Positions 40,204-51,252 of a stretch of 64,000 nucleotides of DNA are shown here, in pieces (position 1 is the first letter of the stretch; the number at the start of each line of letters is the position of its first letter). The stretch is taken from the NCBI GenBank assembly GCA_902632275.1, contig CACPBW010000001.1, positions 12,111 to 76,110 of the forward strand, written 5' to 3'. The translations under genes were made by a program, and so were the position numbers. This DNA comes from an uncultured Pelagibacteraceae bacterium. GTDB lineage: Bacteria; Pseudomonadota; Alphaproteobacteria; Pelagibacterales; Pelagibacteraceae. The notes below the pieces were generated by a model. It ran no database searches. It was not told where the DNA came from and saw only the letters and a list, made by a program, of their open reading frames with translations.

Positions 40204-40827
40204 TTGAAATATAAAAAATATTTCCGAAAAAGCAGTATTAAAAATATTGCTGAAGGAAATTTATTTCTAAAAGAAATTAACAAAATAAATCCAAAAACTT
40301 TTTTTGAGATAGGTATATTTCAGGGTGTTTTAGCAAAAAATGTCTGCGATCTTATGTTTAATAATCATGGCCTAAACTTTAAATATTATGGTGTAGATAT
40401 TTTTGAAACTGATGAAATATATAAAAATGAAATTGCTCCATCTTTAAAAATCAATAATCCTCTCAAAAGATTATATTTTAAATATATAAAAAAATACAAC
40501 CCTTATAGCATTGAAGCTGTTGAAGATTTATTGAAAGATTATAAAAATAACATTAAATTAATAAAGGGCAATTCAAATACAGCTTTAAAAGATATTAATA
40601 TCAAAAATATAGATTTGATATTTATTGATGGTGGTCATGATTATAATACAGTTAAAAATGACTTAAATTTAAGTAAAAAAATAATTTCACAAAATGGAAC
40701 AATATTGTGTGATGATTATAATTTAACCTATGCAGAAGGTGTTAAAAAAGCAATCGATGAATTTATAAAAGAAAATATTTGTAAGCATGAAATCCTATTA
40801 GAGAGATTTGTAAAGATAAACTTTTAA
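40204..40827 (+). CDS. Class I SAM-dependent methyltransferase (Methyltransf_24-like)
   Basis: FEIGIFQG, GVDIF, IKGNS, DLIFIDGGH, ILCDDY; start uncertain, TTG 40204 chosen just after the nrdB stop. Confidence 0.75.
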   Translation: MKYKKYFRKSSIKNIAEGNLFLKEINKINPKTFFEIGIFQGVLAKNVCDLMFNNHGLNFKYYGVDIFETDEIYKNEIAPSLKINNPLKRLYFKYIKKYNPYSIEAVEDLLKDYKNNIKLIKGNSNTALKDINIKNIDLIFIDGGHDYNTVKNDLNLSKKIISQNGTILCDDYNLTYAEGVKKAIDEFIKENICKHEILLERFVKINF

Positions 40828-41952
40828 TTATCTTTTATTAATACTAGGAACTTTTCTATATTGACTTCCATTATAAGCAGCTAAAGGACGAATAAGTTTG
40901 TTAGTAGCATGCTGTTCAATAATATGCGCTGACCATCCTGTAATTCTTGATATTACAAATATTGGGGTGAAAAAATCTGTATCAAAACCCATTAAATGAT
41001 ATGTGGGCCCTGTTGGATAATCAACATTAGGATGAATATTTTTTCTATCAATCATTACTTTTTCAACAATGTCATAGATTTTTTCAAATTTTTTATCTTT
41101 TTTAATTTTAGCAACTTTTCCAAAATATTCTCGCATAGTAGGCACCCTTGAATCTCCACTTTTATAAACTCTGTGCCCGAAACCCATCACTACAGCTTTT
41201 TTTTCTAAAGCATTATTAATCCATTTCAATGCATTCTCAGGTTTCTTTATTTTGTTCATCATATGCATGACTTCCTCATTTGCGCCTCCATGCAGTGGTC
41301 CTTTAAGACTAGCTATTGCTCCAGTTATTGCACCATGAATATCAGAAAGACTGCTAGTAATTGTTCTAGCTGTAAAAGTAGAAACATTAAAACTATGTTC
41401 AGCGTAAAGAATTAAAGAAACATCAAAAGCTTTAACAATATCTTTTTGAGGAACTTTGCCAAAACACATATAAAAAAAGTTTTCTGCAAAAGATAGATTT
41501 TTCTTAGGAGAAATTATTTTCTTTCCTTTTCTTAATCTATAAAAAGCAGCTAATGCTACAGGAGTTTTCGCAAATATTCTCATAGCTTTTCTCAAATTTG
41601 CTTCAGTGGTGTTATTTGTAGTTTCCTTATCCTCAAGACCCATTACGCTTACAGCAGTTCTTGCAACATCCATTGGATGAGATTTTTTTGGCATTTCTTT
41701 TATAATGTTTAAAAGAGTTTTAGAAAGTTTCCTTTCATTTCTCTCTTGTTTTACAAATCTCTGCAATTGATTTTTATTTGGTAACTCCTTATTCAAAATA
41801 AGATAAGCAACTTCCTCAAAATCACAGTTTGCACATAAGTCTTGCGCTGCATAACCTCTATAAGTTAAAGAATTAATCTCAGGCATTACCTTTGAAATTG
41901 ATGTCTCATCAACTGTAACACCCATTAAACCTTTTTTTATATCATCGCTCAT
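40828..41952 (-). CDS. prpC: 2-methylcitrate synthase
   Basis: LTYRGY, YAEHSFNVSTF, LKGPLHGGANE, MGFGHRVY, PNVD; adjacent to prpB/prpD. Confidence 0.92.
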   Translation of the reverse strand: MSDDIKKGLMGVTVDETSISKVMPEINSLTYRGYAAQDLCANCDFEEVAYLILNKELPNKNQLQRFVKQERNERKLSKTLLNIIKEMPKKSHPMDVARTAVSVMGLEDKETTNNTTEANLRKAMRIFAKTPVALAAFYRLRKGKKIISPKKNLSFAENFFYMCFGKVPQKDIVKAFDVSLILYAEHSFNVSTFTARTITSSLSDIHGAITGAIASLKGPLHGGANEEVMHMMNKIKKPENALKWINNALEKKAVVMGFGHRVYKSGDSRVPTMREYFGKVAKIKKDKKFEKIYDIVEKVMIDRKNIHPNVDYPTGPTYHLMGFDTDFFTPIFVISRITGWSAHIIEQHATNKLIRPLAAYNGSQYRKVPSINKR

Positions 41953-42848
41953 TATTCGTGACCTTTTGTACTAAAATTAAAAATTTTTTCATCTAAAGAA
42001 TTATACTTTTCATATTCAACAAGCTCATACAACCTTTTACGAGTTTGCATTTTACTTATAACATTGTTCTGATGTCCATTAGAATAAATGTCTCTTAGGC
42101 CATCTTCTACATTTTTCATAGCTAATCTTTGTGTTGTTACTGGATAAATCACTATATTGTATCCTAAATTTTCTAGTTCTTTATAATTTAATAATTTTGT
42201 TTTTCCAAACTCCGTCATATTAGCTAATAAATAACACGAAAGTTCTTTTCTAACTTTTTCAAAATCTTTTTCATCTGCTAACGCTTCAGGAAAAATTATT
42301 TCTGCTCCAGCATCAATATATGCTTTACATCTCTCAATCATCCTATCAATTCCCTCAACACTTTTTGCATCTGATCTCGCAATAATTTTAAAATTTTCAT
42401 CTTTCCTCGCTGACACACAATCTTTTATTTTTTTTATCATTTCATCTTTTGATATGAGTTCTTTATTATCTAAGTGACCACATCTTTTTCTTTCAATTTG
42501 ATCTTCTAAATGGACTGCCGCAAGACCAAATTCCTCAAAAGTTTCTATTGTTTCTTTGCATGATTTAAAACCAGTATCAATGTCAACAATTGTTGGAAGG
42601 TCCGTTACTCTTGAAATCAGATAAGATCTTGTGCTTACATCCTCAATAGTAGTTAATCCAATGTCAGGAAATCCAAGGTCATTAGCCATGACACCTCCAG
42701 AAACATAAACAGCGTCATATCCTATTTCCTGAATTAATTTTGCAGTTAAGGGATTATATGCACCTGGTGCTCTAATAATTTTTTTTGATTTTAATTTATT
42801 AACAAAATCTTTTCTTTTTTGAACAGGATCTTTTTCAACAAAATGCAT
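41952..42848 (-). CDS. prpB: Methylisocitrate lyase
   Basis: YVSGG, PDIG, DIDTGF, EDQ..KRCGH, ANMTEFGKT. Confidence 0.93.
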   Translation of the reverse strand: MHFVEKDPVQKRKDFVNKLKSKKIIRAPGAYNPLTAKLIQEIGYDAVYVSGGVMANDLGFPDIGLTTIEDVSTRSYLISRVTDLPTIVDIDTGFKSCKETIETFEEFGLAAVHLEDQIERKRCGHLDNKELISKDEMIKKIKDCVSARKDENFKIIARSDAKSVEGIDRMIERCKAYIDAGAEIIFPEALADEKDFEKVRKELSCYLLANMTEFGKTKLLNYKELENLGYNIVIYPVTTQRLAMKNVEDGLRDIYSNGHQNNVISKMQTRKRLYELVEYEKYNSLDEKIFNFSTKGHE

Positions 42849-44350
42849 TAAAATATAGCTTTCTTTAAATTTCTTTTTAATTTACTTTTTTTAACAACTA
42901 AATTCAATTTTCCAAGTTGACCCGATTTTATTTTTTTTAGATTTTGAACAATTTTAATAAATCTATCGCTTTCTTTTTTGTCTAATATACTTTTAGTTAA
43001 AGTTAAAAATTTATTTATATAGTTTTTTCTTTTGAATGGTCTTGCACCATAAGGATGAGCATCGGCTTTCTCAAGAGAATCTGCAATTTTTTTACCATTA
43101 TTTAATGTGATTACAACTTTTGCACCAAAAGATTTATTTTTTGGATTTGGATCATGATATTTTCTCGTCCATTTTTTATCTTCATGAGTAGTAATCGATT
43201 TCCAAATTTTAATTGTTGATTTTCTATTTGCTCTTGATTTAGTGTATGATTTAATATGGTGCCAATCTCCATCTTCGAGAGCTACTGCAAAAATATACAT
43301 AATTGAATGATCCAATGTTTCTCTGCTTGCATTTGGGTCCATTTTTTGAGGGTCGTTAGCACCAGTTCCTATCACATAATGAGTATGATGACTTGTATAA
43401 ATATCAATTTTTTTAATTTGATTTAAATTTGAAATTTTACTTTTTAATCTTTTTGCTAAATCAATTAGAGCCTGAGACTGATATTCGGCGGAATATTCTT
43501 TTGTATATGTTTCAAGGATAGCTTTTTTTGTTTCACCTTTTTTTGGTAATGGAACTTTATAAATAGCTTTTTTACCATCTAATATTCTTGCAATAACACT
43601 ATCCTCACCCTCATAAATTGGACTAGGAGCACCTTCACCTCGCATAACTCTATCTACTGCTTCTATAGCAAGCTTACCTGCATGCGCAGGAGCAAATGCT
43701 TTCCAACTTGAAATTTCACCTTTTCTTGATTGTCTTGTTGATACAGTTGTATGTAACGCCTGCTGTATTGCCTGATAAATTGTTTCAGTATTCAATTTAA
43801 GCATTGATCCAATCCCTGCGGCAACACTCGGTCCTAAGTGAGCAATGTGGTCAACCTTATGTTTGTGTAAACATATACCTTTCACAAGATTTACTTGGAC
43901 TTCGTATGCTGTAATAATTCCTCTTAAAAGATCTACACCACTTCTTTTTTTTTGTTGAGCAACACTTAGTAGTGGAGGAATATTGTCACCTGGATGGCTA
44001 TAGTCTGCAGCCAAAAAAGTATCGTGAAAATCTAATTCTCTTACCGCCGTCCCGTTAGACCACGCAGCCCATTCACAATCGTATTTTAAATTAGAATTAA
44101 CACCGAATAATGTTGCTCCATTCTTCCGTGGATGCATTAAAGCCATTTCTCTTGATGATACAACTGGTTTTCTATTTAAAGATGCAATAGCCACTGATGC
44201 GTTGTCTATAAGTCTATTGATAACCATTTCAACTGCATCTTTGTTTAATTTGGAATTATCACTTGCAATTTCAGCTATCTTCCATGCTAATTGTTTTTTT
44301 TTAGGACAATCTCTTTTGGACGGATAAACTTTTACTTTATGTATTATCAA
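42848..44350 (-). CDS. prpD: 2-methylcitrate dehydratase (MmgE/PrpD)
   Basis: [34 protein letters not shown]; AGGAG SD before TTG. Confidence 0.92.
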   Translation of the reverse strand: MIIHKVKVYPSKRDCPKKKQLAWKIAEIASDNSKLNKDAVEMVINRLIDNASVAIASLNRKPVVSSREMALMHPRKNGATLFGVNSNLKYDCEWAAWSNGTAVRELDFHDTFLAADYSHPGDNIPPLLSVAQQKKRSGVDLLRGIITAYEVQVNLVKGICLHKHKVDHIAHLGPSVAAGIGSMLKLNTETIYQAIQQALHTTVSTRQSRKGEISSWKAFAPAHAGKLAIEAVDRVMRGEGAPSPIYEGEDSVIARILDGKKAIYKVPLPKKGETKKAILETYTKEYSAEYQSQALIDLAKRLKSKISNLNQIKKIDIYTSHHTHYVIGTGANDPQKMDPNASRETLDHSIMYIFAVALEDGDWHHIKSYTKSRANRKSTIKIWKSITTHEDKKWTRKYHDPNPKNKSFGAKVVITLNNGKKIADSLEKADAHPYGARPFKRKNYINKFLTLTKSILDKKESDRFIKIVQNLKKIKSGQLGKLNLVVKKSKLKRNLKKAIF

Positions 44351-44388
44351 ATTATCTCCTTAAATTTCTTTACAGTAATAACGACTTA

Positions 44389-44988
44389 TTACTCAATTAC
44401 AATCAATATGGCAGTTATTAAAAGTAAAAATGCTAAAAAAAACTCTATTATTACTTTTATTTTATTATTCTTTACTAAATTTTTAATACCAGAACCAAAA
44501 GCCGCCCATGGTGAAATAGAAATTGGACAGATGATTAAAGCTACTGAAGCTATAAATATAATCGAAAAAAATAAATTCCCATCTTTAGGCAAAAAACTCG
44601 ACGCAGCCATGCTTGATATGGTCCATGCTTTTGGGTTAACTATTTGAAATAAAGCAGCTTCGTAAAATTTGAGAGGTCTTGAATCGTCATCGTTTAATTT
44701 GCTAAATGATCCAATTATTTTATATCCAAGATATATTAGATATATTGCACATAATATTTTTAGAATGCTTTGTATTTCTGGATATATCTGGAAAATTTTA
44801 CCCAACCCAAGACAAACCAATATTAACTGTGTAACATGACCAATAGTGATACCTGTCATATGAGGTATACTTCTAAAAAAACCAAACTTTAATCCTGATG
44901 TAAGAACCATCGCATTATTTGGTCCTGGTGTTACATACATTACAAAATAAAAGCTAACTAGAGCAAAAATTAAATTTGTATCAAACAT
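44389..44988 (-). CDS. LysE/RhtB family exporter
   Basis: TPGPNN, YLIYLGYKI, FQIVNPKAW. Confidence 0.9.
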   Translation of the reverse strand: MFDTNLIFALVSFYFVMYVTPGPNNAMVLTSGLKFGFFRSIPHMTGITIGHVTQLILVCLGLGKIFQIYPEIQSILKILCAIYLIYLGYKIIGSFSKLNDDDSRPLKFYEAALFQIVNPKAWTISSMAASSFLPKDGNLFFSIIFIASVALIICPISISPWAAFGSGIKNLVKNNKIKVIIEFFLAFLLLITAILIVIE

Positions 44989-45670
44989 TTAAATATTTTG
45001 AGACAATTTTTTCTACATTAACGAAATCTTTTATTAAATGATTATGATATATTTGCTCTATTTTCTTATCTGTATATCCATCTTCTAATAATATCATTGG
45101 AATATTTGCAGCTTTTGCGGCATCAGCATCATTTTCACTATCACCAAACATTAAGCATTTATCTAATTTTCCGTTAACTATTTCTACAATGCTTGTTAAA
45201 TGTCTAGGGTCGGGCTTACAGTAATCAAATGTATTACCGCCAGCTACATATTCAAAATAATGATATATGTTAATTTTTTTTAATAAATCTATTGCAAGAT
45301 GTTCTTGCTTATTTGTACATACAGCCATGGAGATATTATTTGATTTTGCCCAATCAAGAAACTCTTTAACTCCCTTTATCAACTTACTTTCAATTACTAA
45401 ATTTTTCCCATAAAAATTAATAAATTCTTTTACCATTTCATTTTTAATTTTTTCATCAGTAATCTTTGAAAACTCTTTTTTTGCAGATCCCCAAATTGAC
45501 CTACCAATTAAAACAGAGGCTCCTTTACCTACAAGATTTCTAATTTCGTCAACACTTCTTGTGCTATAACCAAATTTTTGCATCACATGATTATGTGCAG
45601 CCATCAAGTCTGGGGCTGTATCGACTAATGTGCCATCTAAATCAAAAAGAATTGTATATTTTTGACTCAT
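44981..45670 (-). CDS. gph: Phosphoglycolate phosphatase (HAD)
   Basis: FDLDGTLVDT, VCTNK, KPDPRH, GDSEND. Confidence 0.87.
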   Translation of the reverse strand: MSQKYTILFDLDGTLVDTAPDLMAAHNHVMQKFGYSTRSVDEIRNLVGKGASVLIGRSIWGSAKKEFSKITDEKIKNEMVKEFINFYGKNLVIESKLIKGVKEFLDWAKSNNISMAVCTNKQEHLAIDLLKKINIYHYFEYVAGGNTFDYCKPDPRHLTSIVEIVNGKLDKCLMFGDSENDADAAKAANIPMILLEDGYTDKKIEQIYHNHLIKDFVNVEKIVSKYLNV

Positions 45671-45740
45671 TTTAAAAGTATTATTAAGAAATAATTTGTG
45701 AATTAAACATCATACATACTTAATTATAAGAAAAAACTAA

Positions 45741-46355
45741 ATGAGACAAACTAATTTAAATATTAAGCTCAGAGAAAAATTTATTAAAAGGGGAGTTAAA
45801 ATGACTGCCCCAGAAACAGTTTTTTTTTCAAAAGATACTAAAATTGGTAAAAACGTTATTATAGAGCCTTACGTAGTTATTGGAAAAAAAGTAAGAATAG
45901 AAAATAACGTAAAAATTCTGGCATTCTCACATTTAGAAGGAACAACAGTTGGTGCAAGTTCAATTATTGGACCTTTTGCTCGATTAAGGCCAGGAACTAA
46001 AATTGAAAATAATTCAAAAGTTGGAAATTTTGTAGAAATTAAAAAAAGTACATTAAAAAAGCATTCAAAAGTGAATCATCTCTCATATATAGGGGACAGT
46101 ATAATTGGTAAATCAACAAATGTTGGAGCAGGTACAATAACTTGTAATTACGATGGAATTAATAAAAATAAAACAATTATTGAGGATAACGTTTTTATAG
46201 GATCAAACTCGTCTTTAGTAGCACCTTTGAAAATAAAAAAGAATGCAATAATCGGAGCCGGATCAGTTATAACAAAAAATGTTAATAGAAACAGTTTAGC
46301 CTTAACAAGAACTGATCAAGTTGAAAAAAGAAACTACAAAAGAAAAAAAAAATAA
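45741..46355 (+). CDS. glmU: GlmU C-terminal acetyltransferase domain only (glucosamine-1-phosphate N-acetyltransferase)
   Basis: [40 protein letters not shown]; 204 aa with no LAAGxGTR uridyltransferase domain; directly upstream of glmS. Confidence 0.88.
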   Translation: MRQTNLNIKLREKFIKRGVKMTAPETVFFSKDTKIGKNVIIEPYVVIGKKVRIENNVKILAFSHLEGTTVGASSIIGPFARLRPGTKIENNSKVGNFVEIKKSTLKKHSKVNHLSYIGDSIIGKSTNVGAGTITCNYDGINKNKTIIEDNVFIGSNSSLVAPLKIKKNAIIGAGSVITKNVNRNSLALTRTDQVEKRNYKRKKK

Positions 46356-48175
46356 TGTGTGGAATAATAGGAATAACAAGTAGTAAACCTGTTTCATCAT
46401 CAATACTTCATTCGCTTAAAAAACTTGAATATAGAGGATACGATTCTGCTGGCATAGCTACAATAGATAACGGAATTATAAATGAAATTAAATCTTTAGG
46501 AAGAGTAGATGTATTAGAAAAAAATATTTCTCAAATTAATCTTTCTGGTGAGGTAGGTATAGGCCATGTAAGATGGGCAACTCATGGTATGCCAAGCACA
46601 ATAAATGCCCATCCGCATTCAACTGAAAATATTTCGGTTGTACACAACGGTATAATAGAAAATTCTGTAATTTTGAAGAAATCGTTAATTAACAAAGGTC
46701 ATAAATTTAAGTCTGAAACTGATACAGAAGTTATTGTACATCTTCTTTCAGAATATCTAAAATCAAACGAAATAAACAATGCAATAATTAAAACACTAAA
46801 TGATTTGGATGGAAGTTTTGCATTAGGAATAATTTTCAAAGATATGCCAAATATTATTGTTGGAGCGAGAAGAGGATCTCCTCTAGCAGTTGGATATGGA
46901 CCAAATGAAAACTATTTAGGTTCAGACTCATATGCTCTAAAATCAATGACAAACAAGATAACTTACTTAAATGATGGCGAATTTTGCATGATAAAAAAAG
47001 ATGAAATTAATTTCTATGATTATATGGGTAATAAAATTAATAAAAAAATTCTTCAACTTTCTACAAATGAACAAAATTATGAAAAAGGTGAATACAAACA
47101 TTTCATGGCCAAGGAGATTAATGAGCAACCATTAACAATAAAAAATTGTGTAAACGAATATATTGATAAAATAAATAATGAGATAAATTTACATAATTTT
47201 CCTTGGAAAAAAGAGAATATTAAGTCTGTTAAATTAATAGGATGTGGAACAGCTTTTCATTCTTGTCTGATCGGAAAATATTGGTTTGAGGAATTAACAA
47301 ATTTAGATGTTGATATTGATATCGCATCTGAGTTTAGATACAGGAAGAACCGTTTTAAAGAGGACTGTTTATATATTTTTGTTTCACAATCAGGTGAAAC
47401 AGCAGACACTTATGCAGCTCTTGATCTTTGCAAAAAAAATAAAATGAAAACATGTAGTATTGTAAACGTAGTCGAAAGTTCAATTGCAAGGGACTCTGAT
47501 TTTGTTTTGCCTATTCATTGTGGTCCAGAGATTGGTGTGGCTTCAACCAAAGCTTTTTTAGGGCAAATGATGGTTATTTATTTGTTATGCTTAAAAATTT
47601 CGTATTTAAAAAATAATATTAAGAAAAGTGACTATAATAAAAAAATTAAAAATTTAGATTTATTATCTGAAAAAGTAAAAAAAACAATTTTTGATGAAAA
47701 TCAAATACAAACAATTTCAAATACTTTTTCTAAAGCAAAAGGTTCAATGTTTTTAGGAAGAGGATTTTCATTTCCTATTGCTTTAGAGGGAGCATTAAAA
47801 TTAAAGGAGTTAGCTTATATACATGCTGAAGGATATCCTGCTGGAGAAATGAAACACGGACCATTAGCATTAATCGAGGATGGAATGCCGGTAGTTGTTG
47901 TAGCACCTAAAGATCAGTATTACAAAAAAACAATCTCTAACATGCAAGAAGTTATTGCTAGAGGAGCAAAAGTTCTATTGGTAACAAATAAAGATGACGA
48001 CCAGATAGTATCAGAAAATATTTGGAAAAAAATTGAAATAGATACAGTTGAAAAAGATCTTTATCCTTTTTTAACAACTTTACCTCTTCAACAACTTGCT
48101 TATTATACTGCATTAAAAAAAGGATTTGATATTGATAAACCAAGAAATCTTGCTAAGTCAGTTACAGTTGAATAA
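46355..48175 (+). CDS. glmS: Glutamine--fructose-6-phosphate aminotransferase
   Basis: MCGIIG, LEYRGYDSAG, GHVRWATHG, SQSGETADT, VASTKAF, PRNLAKSVTVE. Confidence 0.97.
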   Translation: MCGIIGITSSKPVSSSILHSLKKLEYRGYDSAGIATIDNGIINEIKSLGRVDVLEKNISQINLSGEVGIGHVRWATHGMPSTINAHPHSTENISVVHNGIIENSVILKKSLINKGHKFKSETDTEVIVHLLSEYLKSNEINNAIIKTLNDLDGSFALGIIFKDMPNIIVGARRGSPLAVGYGPNENYLGSDSYALKSMTNKITYLNDGEFCMIKKDEINFYDYMGNKINKKILQLSTNEQNYEKGEYKHFMAKEINEQPLTIKNCVNEYIDKINNEINLHNFPWKKENIKSVKLIGCGTAFHSCLIGKYWFEELTNLDVDIDIASEFRYRKNRFKEDCLYIFVSQSGETADTYAALDLCKKNKMKTCSIVNVVESSIARDSDFVLPIHCGPEIGVASTKAFLGQMMVIYLLCLKISYLKNNIKKSDYNKKIKNLDLLSEKVKKTIFDENQIQTISNTFSKAKGSMFLGRGFSFPIALEGALKLKELAYIHAEGYPAGEMKHGPLALIEDGMPVVVVAPKDQYYKKTISNMQEVIARGAKVLLVTNKDDDQIVSENIWKKIEIDTVEKDLYPFLTTLPLQQLAYYTALKKGFDIDKPRNLAKSVTVE

Positions 48176-48179
48176 TTAA

Positions 48180-49013
48180 GTGAACACTTTCAAATATAAT
48201 TTATTTAATACTTGTTTGCACGCTTCAAACAATAATTTAAATCATTTTGAATTATTGAGAAACGTTTATGAAAGAGGTTTATTTCAATCAAGTAAAAATA
48301 AAATTTTATCTAAAATGATCAACCTTACTAAAAATATCAACAACTCAATAAAATCACAACTTTATCAAGATGTATTTGCTTTACTAATGGTAGGAGACAA
48401 CTACGATAAAACGTTTTTAGAATTCGGTGCAACGGATGGTCTAGAATTATCAAATACTTACCTTTTAGAAAGCGAGTTTAATTGGAAAGGTGTATTGTGT
48501 GAACCAAGCCCACAGTGGCATGAAGTTCTTTTTAAAAATAGACCAAAAACTAAAATAGTAACAGATTGTATTTGGAAAAATAGTAATGAAAAATTAAATT
48601 TTTTTGTTTCAGAGGTTGGGGTTCTTTCAACTTTGGAAGATTTTAAGGAAAGTGATCGGCTATCAATGCCTGGAAATACCAATAATAGAATTGAAAAGGG
48701 TAATGTTGTCACTGTTAATACTGTTTCACTTAACGATCTAATTTCAAAAGAGTTTCAAGGCAAATGCCCATCTTACATCTCAATTGATACTGAGGGGTCT
48801 GAATATGAAATATTAAAAGGTTTTGAATTTAAAAAATATAATCCTATTTGTTTTACAATCGAACATAATTTTACAAAACTGGAAAAATATCTCGACGATT
48901 TGATGAGTAAAAATAATTACTCAAGAATATTTAGAGAAATTACGGCATTTGATGGTTGGTATATAAGAAATGACGTATTAAATAAGCTAGAAAAAGATAC
49001 AAGCATTGATTAA
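48180..49013 (+). CDS. FkbM family methyltransferase
   Basis: SQLYQD, FLEFGATDG..SNT, WKGVLCEP, YISIDTEGSE, IEHN. Confidence 0.85.
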   Translation: MNTFKYNLFNTCLHASNNNLNHFELLRNVYERGLFQSSKNKILSKMINLTKNINNSIKSQLYQDVFALLMVGDNYDKTFLEFGATDGLELSNTYLLESEFNWKGVLCEPSPQWHEVLFKNRPKTKIVTDCIWKNSNEKLNFFVSEVGVLSTLEDFKESDRLSMPGNTNNRIEKGNVVTVNTVSLNDLISKEFQGKCPSYISIDTEGSEYEILKGFEFKKYNPICFTIEHNFTKLEKYLDDLMSKNNYSRIFREITAFDGWYIRNDVLNKLEKDTSID

Positions 49014-49049
49014 TCAGAAAAGTCTGGTAATAACACTTATTAGTTGAAT

Positions 49050-50429
49050 ATGAAAAAATGGACTACAAATAGCTGGAGAAAATATCCTGTTAAACACATC
49101 CCAAAATATGAGGATGATAGGGAGTTAAACTTAGTTTTAAATAAACTAAAATCGTTTCCTCCTCTTGTATTTGCAGGAGAAACTATTCATTTGAAAAAAC
49201 AGCTTGCTGAGGTTGTTGACGGTAAGGCTTTTTTACTTCAAGGAGGAGATTGTGCAGAAAGTTTTGCAGAGTTTAATCCAGATAATATTAGAGACTATTT
49301 TAAAGTCTTTTTACAAATGTCTCTTGTATTAACTTATTCGGCATCTTTACCAGTTGTAAAATTAGGAAGAATTGCTGGTCAATTTTCTAAACCAAGAAGC
49401 GCACCAACAGAAAAACAAGGTGATAAAGAATTACCAAGCTATCTTGGAGACAATATAAACGCTATTGAATTTACTGAAAAAGCAAGAAGACCTGATCCAA
49501 AAAGATTATTTAAAGCTTATTCGCAATCAGCTTCAACATTAAACTTAATTAGAGCTTTCTGTCATGGTGGTTTTGCAGATTTAAAAAAAGTTCATTTATG
49601 GAATCTTGGTTATATCAAAAAAAGTCCTCAAGCTAAAAAATTTAAAGAGCTAGAAGATAAAATAGCCGATGCTTTAGCATTCATGGATGCTTGTGGTATT
49701 AATGCAGAATTTAATAGAAGATTAAAAACTGTAAACTTTTGGACTTCACACGAAGCTTTATTGCTCCCATTTGAAGAGGCCATGACTAGAATAGATTCAA
49801 CTTCAGGACAGTACCATGATACATCTGCTCACTTTGTATGGATTGGAGATAGAACCAGACAAATTGATGGAGGTCATGTTGAATTTTGTAGAGGTATTGA
49901 AAATCCAATAGGAATTAAATGTGGTCCTACTTCAAAAGCAGATGAAATAGCTAAAATTTGTGAGCTTATTAATCCAAATAACGAAAAAGGTAAAATTACT
50001 TTAATATCTAGATTTGGACATGATAAAGTAGAGAAGTTTCTACCTAAACTTATCAGAGGAATTAAAAAAGAAGGTTTAAATGTAATTTGGTCTTGTGATC
50101 CTATGCATGGTAATACATTAGTATCTTCAACTGGTTTTAAAACTAGACCATTCAACAACGTTTTAAATGAAGTTAAAAATGTATTTCAAGTACATCAAAG
50201 TGAGGGATCATATGCAGGAGGTCTTCATATAGAGATGACAGGGCAAAATGTGACAGAATGTACAGGTGGTGCAAAGAATATTTCAGATCAAGATTTATCA
50301 AGCAGATACCATACACATTGTGACCCGAGGTTGAACGCGGATCAATCTATTGAACTAGCATTTTTAATTTCTGATGAAATAAAAAAGAACTCTAATTACG
50401 CAAAAAATATTATTAAAGCGGCATCTTAG
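49050..50429 (+). CDS. Class II DAHP synthase
   Basis: PPLVFAGE, QGGDCAESF, GRIAGQFSKPRS, TSHEALLL, WIGDRT, CDPMHGNT, CDPRLN. Confidence 0.95.
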   Translation: MKKWTTNSWRKYPVKHIPKYEDDRELNLVLNKLKSFPPLVFAGETIHLKKQLAEVVDGKAFLLQGGDCAESFAEFNPDNIRDYFKVFLQMSLVLTYSASLPVVKLGRIAGQFSKPRSAPTEKQGDKELPSYLGDNINAIEFTEKARRPDPKRLFKAYSQSASTLNLIRAFCHGGFADLKKVHLWNLGYIKKSPQAKKFKELEDKIADALAFMDACGINAEFNRRLKTVNFWTSHEALLLPFEEAMTRIDSTSGQYHDTSAHFVWIGDRTRQIDGGHVEFCRGIENPIGIKCGPTSKADEIAKICELINPNNEKGKITLISRFGHDKVEKFLPKLIRGIKKEGLNVIWSCDPMHGNTLVSSTGFKTRPFNNVLNEVKNVFQVHQSEGSYAGGLHIEMTGQNVTECTGGAKNISDQDLSSRYHTHCDPRLNADQSIELAFLISDEIKKNSNYAKNIIKAAS

Positions 50430-50469
50430 TCTCTTTAATAATCAAAGCGACTCAATATATTATGAGATT

Positions 50470-51207
50470 ATGGATACGATAAAAAAAGTTAATTTTATAA
50501 AAAGCTGGATACAAAATTATGTTGACTCAATGCCTGTAAAGGCAAAATCTTTAGTTATTGGTATTTCAGGTGGAATAGATTCATCCGTATCAAGTACACT
50601 GTGTGCTATGACCGGAATGAAAACAATCGTTTTGTCTATGCCTATTAAACAGAAAAGTGCGCAACATGATTTAAGCCTTAAACATCAAGAGTGGCTAAAA
50701 GAAAACTTTTCTAATGTTGAAGGCCACACAATTGAATTAGATAGTTTATTTGGAGCTTTTGAATCATCTCTTTCTCAATTTGATAATGAGCATGGTATGG
50801 CAAACTCAAGAGCAAGATTAAGAATGACAACTCTTTACCAAGTTGCTGCAGCAAACCAGGGTATTGTTGTAGGCACTGGAAATAAAGTAGAGGATTTTGG
50901 AGTAGGCTTTTATACTAAATACGGTGATGGAGGTGTTGATATATCGCCAATTGCAGATTGCAACAAAACTGAGGTTTGGGAACTCGGAAAAGAATTAAAA
51001 ATTTTAAAAGAAATTATAGATGCACCACCCACAGATGGTCTCTGGGATGATGGCAGAACCGATGAAGGACAACTAGGACTTTCTTATAAAGAACTTGAAG
51101 AAGCTATGGATAATGAAAGTTCAAAAAATCGAGAAAAGTATTTAAAAATAAGAAAAGCTAACTTACATAAGATGGAGCCTATTCCAGTATGTAAGATTCC
51201 CAACTAA
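50470..51207 (+). CDS. nadE: NH3-dependent NAD+ synthetase
   Basis: GISGGIDS, ANSRARLRM, GTGNKVE, TKYGDGG, PTDGLW. Confidence 0.95.
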   Translation: MDTIKKVNFIKSWIQNYVDSMPVKAKSLVIGISGGIDSSVSSTLCAMTGMKTIVLSMPIKQKSAQHDLSLKHQEWLKENFSNVEGHTIELDSLFGAFESSLSQFDNEHGMANSRARLRMTTLYQVAAANQGIVVGTGNKVEDFGVGFYTKYGDGGVDISPIADCNKTEVWELGKELKILKEIIDAPPTDGLWDDGRTDEGQLGLSYKELEEAMDNESSKNREKYLKIRKANLHKMEPIPVCKIPN

Positions 51208-51252
51208 TCAATTAGATTCACAAATCTAATATTTAAGTATATTCCTAGAATA

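Noticed and set aside
40828-44350. prpD-prpB-prpC lacking prpE and an aconitase
   Set aside because: Ordinary methylcitrate cycle; the missing steps are commonly encoded elsewhere
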